A stretch of 64,000 nt of DNA from an uncultured Bacteriovoracaceae bacterium (GTDB lineage Bacteria > Bdellovibrionota > Bacteriovoracia > Bacteriovoracales > Bacteriovoracaceae): positions 1 to 64,000 of the forward strand of contig CAXGUD010000020.1 of NCBI GenBank assembly GCA_964012805.1, read 5' to 3'. Below, piece by piece: positions 38,514 to 46,884 of the stretch. The translations under genes and the position numbers were made by a program. Numbering within the stretch: position 1 is the stretch's first letter; each line of letters opens with the position of its first letter. The notes below the pieces were generated by a model. That model made no database searches and was not told where the DNA came from. It saw only the letters and a program-made list of their open reading frames with translations.

Positions 38514-39797
38514 TTATTTTGCCAAAATTACCTTTTTCTTAAACTTTGGAAACCTCTTAAAAATCGCTAAAACTTTACTTATCAGAAAAGCCCCTCCACA
38601 TAGATTTATACAAACAATAAGAATCAATTCGAAATAAAGTTGTTCAGAATAGGCAGTCATAAAAAACTTAAAATTTAAAATCAACCCTGAGGTTATTATT
38701 GAGGAAAAATATAAAAATAAGCTGATAAATAGTGCTGATGCAAATTTGGGCCTTCTTTGAAATAAAAATGTCAAATCTTTAAGATCATTAATTTCATTTT
38801 TATTTAAGTTTATTAAATGAATATTTAAAGTAAAAATAAGGGAATAAAAAAAGAGGTATAGGAGGAATTGTTCATTCATTTCGATTACATTTGGAGTTAC
38901 AGCGTATAACAAAATAAAACCAGCATTACCTACAGAAAAAAAAGAAAGAATTAATTTTAGGTTCGTTTGATGGCAAGCTACTAAAACGCCATAAAAAGTC
39001 GTAATTATGGCAAAGAATTTTACAGAATCAATAATTATATCTCCATAATATCCATTCAATTTGGGAAGCAAGACTTGTAGTACTAACATTAAGCTCCAAG
39101 TTAAAATATTTTTTTCAATCACGTAATAACTGAATAAATTACTTTCATTAATATTTTCATTTAAAACAGGAACCCATGTGTGAAACGGAAAACAACCTAA
39201 AGTAAAGCAAAGAATTAAAATAAAGAAGCAAACACACAAAACATATAAAGATTCATTAAATACTGTAAAAGAATTAAAATTAACTCCATTAGTGGAGCCG
39301 ACAAAAAAACCTAATCCTAAAATCATTAAACAAAATATAAATATTTTTAATATATAAATATTAAGAATATTTTTCGTTTCTTTGGATTCATGACTATTCA
39401 TAAAAGGGAAAAACATCATAATACTAATAAATTGAAATAATAATGTGTAAGAAAATAGATTATTGGCTGTAAGCAAATAGAAACTTGCCAGGTAAATTAT
39501 CATGTATGTAAGAATATTTTTAACCAGTAAGTAATTAATTTTTTTAAAATAGAAAAATAGGATAAAAAAGTTAAATCCAGATAAAACACATAATATAAGC
39601 CTCGAGGATTCATTTAAATTTAAATATTCGCCACCCCAAAATATATTTTGATCAATTAGATTCAAGGAAAATAAAATCAAGTTAATAAAAAATAATGATA
39701 GGAACGATAAAAGTGGACCTTTCTTTTTATTAGATAGTAAAAGGGTTGAAATCGTTATAACAGTCAGCAACAAAAATATATTACTATTCAATTTCAT
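38514..39797 (-). CDS. Highly diverged NuoN paralog (set 2)
   Basis: Polytopic; GCFPFHTWVP and QTNLKLILSFFSVGNAGF match the NuoN PFHxW and KRMLAYSS motifs; last gene of the duplicated order. Confidence 0.75.
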   Translation of the reverse strand: MKLNSNIFLLLTVITISTLLLSNKKKGPLLSFLSLFFINLILFSLNLIDQNIFWGGEYLNLNESSRLILCVLSGFNFFILFFYFKKINYLLVKNILTYMIIYLASFYLLTANNLFSYTLLFQFISIMMFFPFMNSHESKETKNILNIYILKIFIFCLMILGLGFFVGSTNGVNFNSFTVFNESLYVLCVCFFILILCFTLGCFPFHTWVPVLNENINESNLFSYYVIEKNILTWSLMLVLQVLLPKLNGYYGDIIIDSVKFFAIITTFYGVLVACHQTNLKLILSFFSVGNAGFILLYAVTPNVIEMNEQFLLYLFFYSLIFTLNIHLINLNKNEINDLKDLTFLFQRRPKFASALFISLFLYFSSIITSGLILNFKFFMTAYSEQLYFELILIVCINLCGGAFLISKVLAIFKRFPKFKKKVILAK

Positions 39798-39821
39798 TTT
39801 ATTACAAAGTCCTTATTAATT

Positions 39822-41279
39822 TTAATTTAAATAGTTCATAAATAAATTAGGTCTTAATCCAAAAACCAAGTTAACAATTAGTAAAATAACAACGGTAAGA
39901 AACTTAAGATTGAAGTACTCGAAATATAAAACATTATTTCTATGTGTATTAATATCAAAAAGAGTCATCTTACCTAAAACTTTAATAATAGGTAGAATAG
40001 AAAAGAAGACTAAAAACGTGCCGAGAATTATATCTTGTGAAATAAGATTATAGAGGATAATAATTTCATTATTAAAAAAACCTAAAAGGGGAAAGCCAGA
40101 ATAAGAAGCTATAAAAATTAAAAAGAATAAGTTCTTGGCTTTTTCAGTCATTGGTTGAGAACCAGTTAAAGCATCTTTTAGGGGAAGAATTCGAGATTTC
40201 GAAGAGATCAAAGAAATTAATGTAAAAAAAGTAAAAAAGTTAATCCCAAGATGGGATTGAATTAAATAGTTGTTATTTCCCAAATAAAGGAAAACACCTA
40301 GACCGCAAAAATTTAAATGAATATAAAACAACCTCAATATATAATAATAAATATTCTCTTTTTTTTCTTGAAAGAACAATACCGTGTTAAAAATAACTCC
40401 TAAACTAAATAATATAAGAAAAACCCAAATCAAATCAGGAGCAAGTTTTTGAACTAAAGGACCTATAAAAACGGAAAGGTAATAAAAAGACAGAAGGAGA
40501 ATTATGCCAAAAATAGGGAAAATTAATTCTTTTCTTAATTTTAAAAAAGATATCTGGGTCCAATTGTGAAATGGAAAAAAAGAACATTTTATAAAAGCTC
40601 CAATAGACATAAAAAAGATTAATAAAGTGCCTAAAATTTTATTTTCATTATTTATGCTAATAAGTACGTTTTTAATGTAAGCAGGACTCGTCGAAAAATT
40701 ACCGAGAAGTATATCACCCTTGTATAAAATAAAAACCATTGGTGATACTATACAAAGAAACGAAACAAAACTAAATGCAACTATATTGAAAATATCATTT
40801 CTGTGAAGTTTTGGCCCATATGAATAAATTAATAAAACAACAGCAAAAAAGCCGAGCTCACCAAAAGCTAAAAAACTAAAAATATTTTCACTTAATAAAG
40901 CTCCTGTTGATAAAAATAAGAGGATAAAAAATATAAACTGATAAAACTTTTCATGAATCGTTCTTGTTTTCCAAAACCAACAAAAATTGAACAAAGCTAA
41001 GGATAAATTTAAAAGAATGAAAAAAGACTTTTCAAAATTAATACTAAATCTAAAGTCTATTATACTAAACTGCGTCGATTGAAATACTAATCCCTCTGCA
41101 TCAGTATTATAATTGCCGTTAAAAAAAACCCAACTCCATAAAATAACATAACTTATTATTCCGAAGAAACCGAAGTATTTAGTGTTGTTCCCAGCTGCAT
41201 TTTTTGAAAAGGCAAACAAAAAACAAAAAGCTAAAGGAAAAAAAAATGCTAATATAAACTCCAAATTTTCCATAAACAA
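39822..41279 (-). CDS. Highly diverged NuoM paralog (set 2)
   Basis: FLAFGE, FIKCSFFPFHNW and GFPLLGFFNNE motifs; C-terminal VFGLRP. Confidence 0.75.
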   Translation of the reverse strand: MFMENLEFILAFFFPLAFCFLFAFSKNAAGNNTKYFGFFGIISYVILWSWVFFNGNYNTDAEGLVFQSTQFSIIDFRFSINFEKSFFILLNLSLALFNFCWFWKTRTIHEKFYQFIFFILLFLSTGALLSENIFSFLAFGELGFFAVVLLIYSYGPKLHRNDIFNIVAFSFVSFLCIVSPMVFILYKGDILLGNFSTSPAYIKNVLISINNENKILGTLLIFFMSIGAFIKCSFFPFHNWTQISFLKLRKELIFPIFGIILLLSFYYLSVFIGPLVQKLAPDLIWVFLILFSLGVIFNTVLFFQEKKENIYYYILRLFYIHLNFCGLGVFLYLGNNNYLIQSHLGINFFTFFTLISLISSKSRILPLKDALTGSQPMTEKAKNLFFLIFIASYSGFPLLGFFNNEIIILYNLISQDIILGTFLVFFSILPIIKVLGKMTLFDINTHRNNVLYFEYFNLKFLTVVILLIVNLVFGLRPNLFMNYLN

Positions 41280-41291
41280 TATCCTATACCC

Positions 41292-43181
41292 TCACTTTAT
41301 TTTACTAAAAACATAAAATAGGAAAACTGTGCTTCCTAGGAAGGCAAAAACAAAACTATCTACCAAGCCATTCCCTTTTTTTAAGTTAAAAAAATGACCC
41401 GCTTGATAAGCGACTTTGAATGGTAAATAAAAAATAACTCTTAAAAGGATTAGGCTGTAAAATTTAACAAACAGCATATTTAAAGCTTTTAATAGAAGGT
41501 TGAAAGATTGTCTTAAAGATACATTTATTAATAAAAAATCAAATAATCGCTTTCTCGTTTCGAGTGGAAGAATTTTTATTTTTCTAGATTGTAATATTTC
41601 TTTTTTATCTAAATAAAACTTTAAAAATATAGTAATTAAGGAAAGGATATAAAAAGATATTATAAAATATATATTTTTATTACTATTTATTATTTCATTT
41701 CCAACAAAATTTATACTATCAATTTTTGAATAATTGAATACTTTTTTAAAATCAATATTAGTGGCCATATAAACGTAAAATATCACTATTATTAATAAAT
41801 AAAATAAGTACCCTTTAAACTTTAATTTAATTAAGTTTTTAGGAATATTTATTATAGACTTCAAAAAAAAGAGAATCTTACCTTCATTATCACTTCTTGT
41901 TGTTAGTTTTAAAGCCGGAAGAAATAAAATAGATAGTAAAGCTGGTAATAAAATATAGGTTATTATATTTTCACCATCAGAAATAAGTAAATTGTTAGGT
42001 AATTCATTAATTATCATAAAAAACGGGCCTCCTGGAAGAAAGCACAAAGAAAATACCATCAGGCTAGAAGCCCCTAAAAAAAACTCATTTTCATTTTCGT
42101 TTATTTTTTTATTAAAACTGTTTTCGCAATTCATTAAAATTAAAATATTTTTAATTATTAAAAAATTAATAATTAATGGAATTGCACTCCCTATTTTTCC
42201 AAATCCTAAAAATAAAAAAGCACCTCCCCAAAAAAAGTTAGTAAACCACAAAAGCTTTCTCTGATGAGTATGATCTAAGAATAAAATGATTAAACTATAT
42301 ACAAGAATAAAGTAACCAATTGTCGTAAAAAAATTCAAAACAATAGGTAAATAATTTAAAACAGGAAAAGCTCTAGAAATTATATACAGCAAAATTGAGC
42401 TGGATATAATATCGAATAAAAAGCCAAATTTAAACCAGTCGGAAGGTTTCTCTATTGCATCGAAATTGTTTTGCTGACCAAAAAAAACTCTAAAAATATT
42501 TGGTAAAACTAGGCCTATTATTCCTAGACTTAAATTAATTTCATTATTTTTTATAAAAGTTAAATTTAAATTCTTCAAACTTAAATATGATAACGATCCA
42601 TTAAAACAATCAAAGATAACTATACAAGAAATGACTAGGAAAAAAAATGAAACACCCTCAATAATATAAAAAGAATCTAAAGTCTTCTCACTTCTTAGTG
42701 TGCTTTTCTTTTTTGTGTAAAATAATAAGATTAAAGATGTTATTGGCCATAAAAATAATAACTGGAAAAAAGATTCTGAAGTTGCTGTTAAATGGCAAAA
42801 AATTGTTCCAAGATAAAAAATTACAAAATGGACCCCTTTTAAATCATCTTTCAAATAGTTCCACTTCAATATACAAAATATATAAAAAATAAAATTAAGA
42901 AAAATTATTAAGAAATTAACTATAAAAGTTATATCATCCAATATATATGATACGTTTAGTTGGTGCCCGGAATAATTAAAGTAATCCCATGCTTTAATTA
43001 TTTCAAATTTATCTTCACCTATGGAAAAAAACTTCTTCCCAAAGTAACCCAAGAAGATAAAGTTACTTAACAAGCCCAAAAAAGGGTAGGCCCTTTTAAA
43101 TCTTTTCTCTATAGATAAAGGCAATAGATGAATAAGAAATAATAAAACCAACACGCTTATTAATATTTTTTCAAAAATCAA
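41292..43181 (-). CDS. Highly diverged NuoL paralog (set 2)
   Basis: 629-aa polytopic protein; YILDDIT, LLFLWP, FLIIK and SLCFLPG remnants; C-terminal amphipathic stretch plus last TM; position between K' and M'. Confidence 0.6.
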   Translation of the reverse strand: MIFEKILISVLVLLFLIHLLPLSIEKRFKRAYPFLGLLSNFIFLGYFGKKFFSIGEDKFEIIKAWDYFNYSGHQLNVSYILDDITFIVNFLIIFLNFIFYIFCILKWNYLKDDLKGVHFVIFYLGTIFCHLTATSESFFQLLFLWPITSLILLFYTKKKSTLRSEKTLDSFYIIEGVSFFFLVISCIVIFDCFNGSLSYLSLKNLNLTFIKNNEINLSLGIIGLVLPNIFRVFFGQQNNFDAIEKPSDWFKFGFLFDIISSSILLYIISRAFPVLNYLPIVLNFFTTIGYFILVYSLIILFLDHTHQRKLLWFTNFFWGGAFLFLGFGKIGSAIPLIINFLIIKNILILMNCENSFNKKINENENEFFLGASSLMVFSLCFLPGGPFFMIINELPNNLLISDGENIITYILLPALLSILFLPALKLTTRSDNEGKILFFLKSIINIPKNLIKLKFKGYLFYLLIIVIFYVYMATNIDFKKVFNYSKIDSINFVGNEIINSNKNIYFIISFYILSLITIFLKFYLDKKEILQSRKIKILPLETRKRLFDFLLINVSLRQSFNLLLKALNMLFVKFYSLILLRVIFYLPFKVAYQAGHFFNLKKGNGLVDSFVFAFLGSTVFLFYVFSKIK

Positions 43182-43194
43182 GGTGAGCCCCCAA

Positions 43195-43467
43195 TTATTC
43201 TTTTAGGTCTATTGTTTTTTCTATTCTAAAATATTTAGATAATAGAGTTAGACCAATTACAAACTGAGCCATCGAGAAAGCTAAAAGCAAAATAAAGTTA
43301 TAATTTGGAAAATGATAATTACTCTTTTTTAGAAATAAATAGAAAACAAAAAGGCAAGCATTAAGCATCACTGCTGTGTTTATAAAAATAATAAGATAAT
43401 TTTTTTTTAAAAGAAGAACAATCCATCCAAAACAAAATAGAAACAAACCCAAAAATAAATACAGCAT
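43195..43467 (-). CDS. Highly diverged NuoK paralog (set 2)
   Basis: 90 aa, 3 TM; LLKKN, VMLNA and AQFVIGL align with NuoK ARKN, LILNA and AEAAVGL. Confidence 0.7.
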   Translation of the reverse strand: MLYLFLGLFLFCFGWIVLLLKKNYLIIFINTAVMLNACLFVFYLFLKKSNYHFPNYNFILLLAFSMAQFVIGLTLLSKYFRIEKTIDLKE

Positions 43468-43479
43468 AAACTTAACCCC

Positions 43480-43965
43480 TCAATTTTCTTTTTTAATGTT
43501 TTGGAAAGTTAAAATGCATTGAGCTGTTAGACCGTAGAACAAGAGAAGGACAACTTCCAAAGAAATATCCTGAGATGGATTTGCAGATAAATTATTCGAT
43601 TTATTAGCGTTAAATTGAAAAGTAAAAGGCTTATCTTGTTCGATAAAAAGGAAAATTAAGCCAAAAAAGAGGCATGACAAAATAATACCAGTCATTTTTC
43701 TTTTATTTTTACTAAGTTGATTCCTAGAATAATACTTAGTATTTTTGTGAAAAATAAACGCATAGTAAAGAAAGGTAAGTGCTAGGCCCATATTTAATAG
43801 AAAAACCATTGCACCTAAACTATCATTTTGAAATTTAAAATAAATTAAAGACAAAAATATCTGAAATGTTAAAAAAATCAAAGATGACATAACTCCATCT
43901 TTGGACCATGAAGTCATCACGAAAAGGATAGAACACAGAGTCATTAAAAATGCATCTAAAATCAC
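43480..43965 (-). CDS. Highly diverged NuoJ paralog (set 2)
   Basis: 161 aa, about 5 TM; final helix SLEVVLLL resembles FEISSVLLL; syntenic slot. Confidence 0.55.
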   Translation of the reverse strand: MILDAFLMTLCSILFVMTSWSKDGVMSSLIFLTFQIFLSLIYFKFQNDSLGAMVFLLNMGLALTFLYYAFIFHKNTKYYSRNQLSKNKRKMTGIILSCLFFGLIFLFIEQDKPFTFQFNANKSNNLSANPSQDISLEVVLLLFYGLTAQCILTFQNIKKEN

Positions 43966-44014
43966 TTAGATTACCTTCTATTAAAGTCAATGAGATAAAT
44001 AACCTATGGCTATT

Positions 44015-45064
44015 TTACAATGAAGTGCCTTTATAAGTATAGAGCCAAACAAGAGTTAAGACTAAATTGAAGACCGATAGAGGCATTAGGTACTTTAAAG
44101 AAGCCTTTACTGCATGCTTCCACTTTAGAGAGGGGATAGATAAATATACGCTAAAAACTAAAAGGTGAACAATAGATGTCTTAATTAATAACAAGACTGC
44201 TTTGACCCAAAATAAAAGAAAGGGTTCACTAAATATTTCATCTAAAGCTGAATGACTGTTCCAACCACCAAAGTAAATGAATACATATAATAGCAAAAAG
44301 CCTAGGTAATTTAGGTTGTCAGAAAGTTTAAAGATATTAAAAGATAGTGCGTTATGGTAACTACCTACCTCTTTTATAACATTTCTTGTCCCTGGTGTAC
44401 TGAAGCCAAAATGATTTTTTCCAGCTAAACATAAAGTAAGGCAGATAAAGAACATAACAGCACCGAACGGCTGCCTAAAAACGCCCCAATTAAAACTACT
44501 TAGAAAACTATCTAAACCTGCAAAGTAAAAGTATTGAAAAACTTCTGGCCCTTTATTCGAAAGAAAACTCGAAATAACCAAAAAAAATAAAGTTATAGAC
44601 AGGACAAATCTCCAAATAAACTCTCTAGTTGAAGCTATATAAGAGAGCCCCTTACCACAAACCCAAGAATCAACCAAAAGAGGAAAGAGGCCTAGTAAAA
44701 AGGAAACAAGAAAATACATCAAAGTCAGAGGGTTACCTGGTTTTATTACAAACTGAAAATTGGAGAGAGACTCGATTTCGAATGACAAAGAAAAAAGAAG
44801 AAACGGACACATTGAAAAAAAAAATGAAATTAAAGAGCATAAAAAAGAAACATTTTGATATGGTTTTTCTTTATCTATAGACTTCTTAAATAAAGACTTA
44901 CATAAATCCATTAAGAAGTTATTCCTAAAAATAGTTCTAGTTTTTAAAAAGTATGACCTATTTATGACATTAAAATGAAATTTTTCTAAAGAAGCCAAGA
45001 TCGTTAGGAAAGAGAAAAGAGCAAGAATTAAAATAAGGAAATTAAGGGCTATCATCCAATCCAT
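44015..45064 (-). CDS. Highly diverged NuoH paralog (set 2)
   Basis: LEK, D..K...K, W.VFRQPFG, IYFGGW, LLIKT and SIP...LKYLMPLSVFNL follow the NuoH layout. Confidence 0.75.
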   Translation of the reverse strand: MDWMIALNFLILILALFSFLTILASLEKFHFNVINRSYFLKTRTIFRNNFLMDLCKSLFKKSIDKEKPYQNVSFLCSLISFFFSMCPFLLFSLSFEIESLSNFQFVIKPGNPLTLMYFLVSFLLGLFPLLVDSWVCGKGLSYIASTREFIWRFVLSITLFFLVISSFLSNKGPEVFQYFYFAGLDSFLSSFNWGVFRQPFGAVMFFICLTLCLAGKNHFGFSTPGTRNVIKEVGSYHNALSFNIFKLSDNLNYLGFLLLYVFIYFGGWNSHSALDEIFSEPFLLFWVKAVLLLIKTSIVHLLVFSVYLSIPSLKWKHAVKASLKYLMPLSVFNLVLTLVWLYTYKGTSL

Positions 45065-45075
45065 ACCCTAGACTC

Positions 45076-45327
45076 CTATCTTTCGAGGTCAAACTTAGAA
45101 AAAACAGCAAACATTAAGTAACACAAAAATAATGAAACTAAGAAGAAAATAACACCTGAGTAGTTTTCAATATTGTTTGTGAAGTTGAAGTCTATTAACC
45201 AGGATAGAAAAAGAATAATTTGACAAAAGAAGAGAAAAAATATCGGTACAATTGATATTCTATCCTGGGAATACCCAAAAAAACTTGCTTCTTCTGAGTT
45301 TCTTCGACTTCCCTTACTATTCATCAT
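45076..45327 (-). CDS. Truncated, diverged NuoA-like protein (set 2)
   Basis: 83 aa; hydrophilic loop plus 2 TM; FFCQIILFLSW aligns with FDVESALMFP; C-terminal KFDLE aligns with KGDLDW. Confidence 0.45.
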   Translation of the reverse strand: MMNSKGSRRNSEEASFFGYSQDRISIVPIFFLFFCQIILFLSWLIDFNFTNNIENYSGVIFFLVSLFLCYLMFAVFSKFDLER

Positions 45328-45378
45328 TGATCCTATTCTGTTAAGAATCCGATTAAACGCAATTAATTGTCAAATTAC

Positions 45379-46848
45379 TTACTGAACAATAAAAAGCTTT
45401 GCATTGGTGACCATTAACATTAACCCTCCCCAGAAAAGTCCAAAAATAACAACTGGTGAAGTTAAGCCTATTATTATTGTTGTATTACGGAAAGAAAAAC
45501 CTTCTATTTCTTCATCAGACTCAGGAGGAGAAAAAATCATATTTCTTACAATTTTTAAGTAATAATAAAGAGATATAACTGAATTGATAGCACCCAAAGT
45601 TGCAAGAGTATAATAACCTTTATCTATTGCCGCTTTTAAAATATTGAACTTTGCAACAAAGCCACCAAAGGGAGGAAGACCTGACAGTGAAAACATCGTT
45701 ATTCCCATCATTATTGCTATAAGAGGGTATCTAACGTACATCCCATTAAATCTTTCAAAATGATCATTACCATATTTATCCGATACAAATGAAGTAATAT
45801 AGAAGGCTGAAAGGGTCATAAAAAGGTAAAGTGCTGCATAAAAAAGAATGGCTCTAGCCCCAACGGCATCCATAACAACAACACCTAAGAGCATAAACCC
45901 TGCATGCGCAATAGAAGAATAAGCAAGCATTCTTTTTACAGACCTCTGGTCAATTGCAGTAATATTACCCACAAACATGGTCAATACTGCAATAACTTGT
46001 AAAATTACAACCCAGCTATCTTGTAATGCACCTTCCTTTGAAAAGAATACCATCGTTATTCTAACAAGTGCTGCTAGTCCAGCTACTTTTGGGACAATGG
46101 AAAAAAATGTCGTAACTGGTATCGGAGAGCCTTCGTAAACATCAGGGGCCCACATATGAAATGGAACACATGCTATTTTATAACCTATACCAACAAAGAA
46201 CATCATAAAAGATGGAATAAGAATTGAAAGCTGTAAAGTACTTAAGTTTTGAAGCTTGGGAAATATTTCTTCAAATTGGATTGTACCCAACACTCCAAAT
46301 ACATGGCTCATACCGAACAACATGACCCCTGCAGCTATCCCACCATAAAGGGAATACTTTAGCCCCGCTTCAGAGGAATAATCGTCGTTCTTTCTCAAAG
46401 ACGCTAGGACATAGGACAAAATAGAAAGGGTTTCAATACCAAGATAGAGCGTCAGCATATTATTTGCTGAAGCCAACAACATACCTCCAACTAAGACACC
46501 CATTGACATTATCGCAAACTCACTTTTGAAGTCGCTATAAATATCTTTTGACTGGGAGCTGAGGTAAATTGAACCAAAGGTTCCAAGTACCATAATTATT
46601 TTTGCAAATGTACTAAATTGATCTATGACAACTGCATTTGTAAAAATTGCCAAAGGTTCGTCTGACAAATTATTTAAGAGCGTAAAGAAGGCAAAAATTA
46701 GTCCTACTGAGGCAATAGTAAAAACTAAACCTCTTCCCTTATCTTCATTCTTATAAGAAGCCTCAAGAAATAACATTGCTAGCATCGTCCCAATCACGAT
46801 AAGCTCAGGAACGAAGTATCCTAAATTTGCAAAATAATTAACAACCAT
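45379..46848 (-). CDS. nuoN: NADH-quinone oxidoreductase subunit N
   Basis: LGIETLS, EAGLKY, YKIACVPFHMWAPDVYEGSP, KRMLAYSSIAH and GFVAKF motifs. Confidence 0.96.
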   Translation of the reverse strand: MVVNYFANLGYFVPELIVIGTMLAMLFLEASYKNEDKGRGLVFTIASVGLIFAFFTLLNNLSDEPLAIFTNAVVIDQFSTFAKIIMVLGTFGSIYLSSQSKDIYSDFKSEFAIMSMGVLVGGMLLASANNMLTLYLGIETLSILSYVLASLRKNDDYSSEAGLKYSLYGGIAAGVMLFGMSHVFGVLGTIQFEEIFPKLQNLSTLQLSILIPSFMMFFVGIGYKIACVPFHMWAPDVYEGSPIPVTTFFSIVPKVAGLAALVRITMVFFSKEGALQDSWVVILQVIAVLTMFVGNITAIDQRSVKRMLAYSSIAHAGFMLLGVVVMDAVGARAILFYAALYLFMTLSAFYITSFVSDKYGNDHFERFNGMYVRYPLIAIMMGITMFSLSGLPPFGGFVAKFNILKAAIDKGYYTLATLGAINSVISLYYYLKIVRNMIFSPPESDEEIEGFSFRNTTIIIGLTSPVVIFGLFWGGLMLMVTNAKLFIVQ

Positions 46849-46884
46849 CTCTTTTTACCCTTTAAATCGTTGAGACTTTATTCT

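Noticed and set aside
38514..45327. Reading set 2 as an Mrp antiporter, a hydrogenase-4/Ehr module or a DabAB carbon pump
   Set aside because: It includes NuoH- and NuoA-like genes in exact nuo order, and no MrpE/F/G, hydrogenase large/small subunit or DabA-like soluble gene is adjacent.
38514..45327. Calling set 2 pseudogenes or an assembly duplication
   Set aside because: The ORFs are uninterrupted, tightly spaced and mostly carry SD-like sites. They are far too diverged from set 1 to be a repeat artefact. Only A' is clearly truncated.
45368..45373. TTGACA just upstream of A' as an internal promoter for set 2
   Set aside because: No acceptable -10 hexamer at 16-18 nt spacing; TSS data would be needed.
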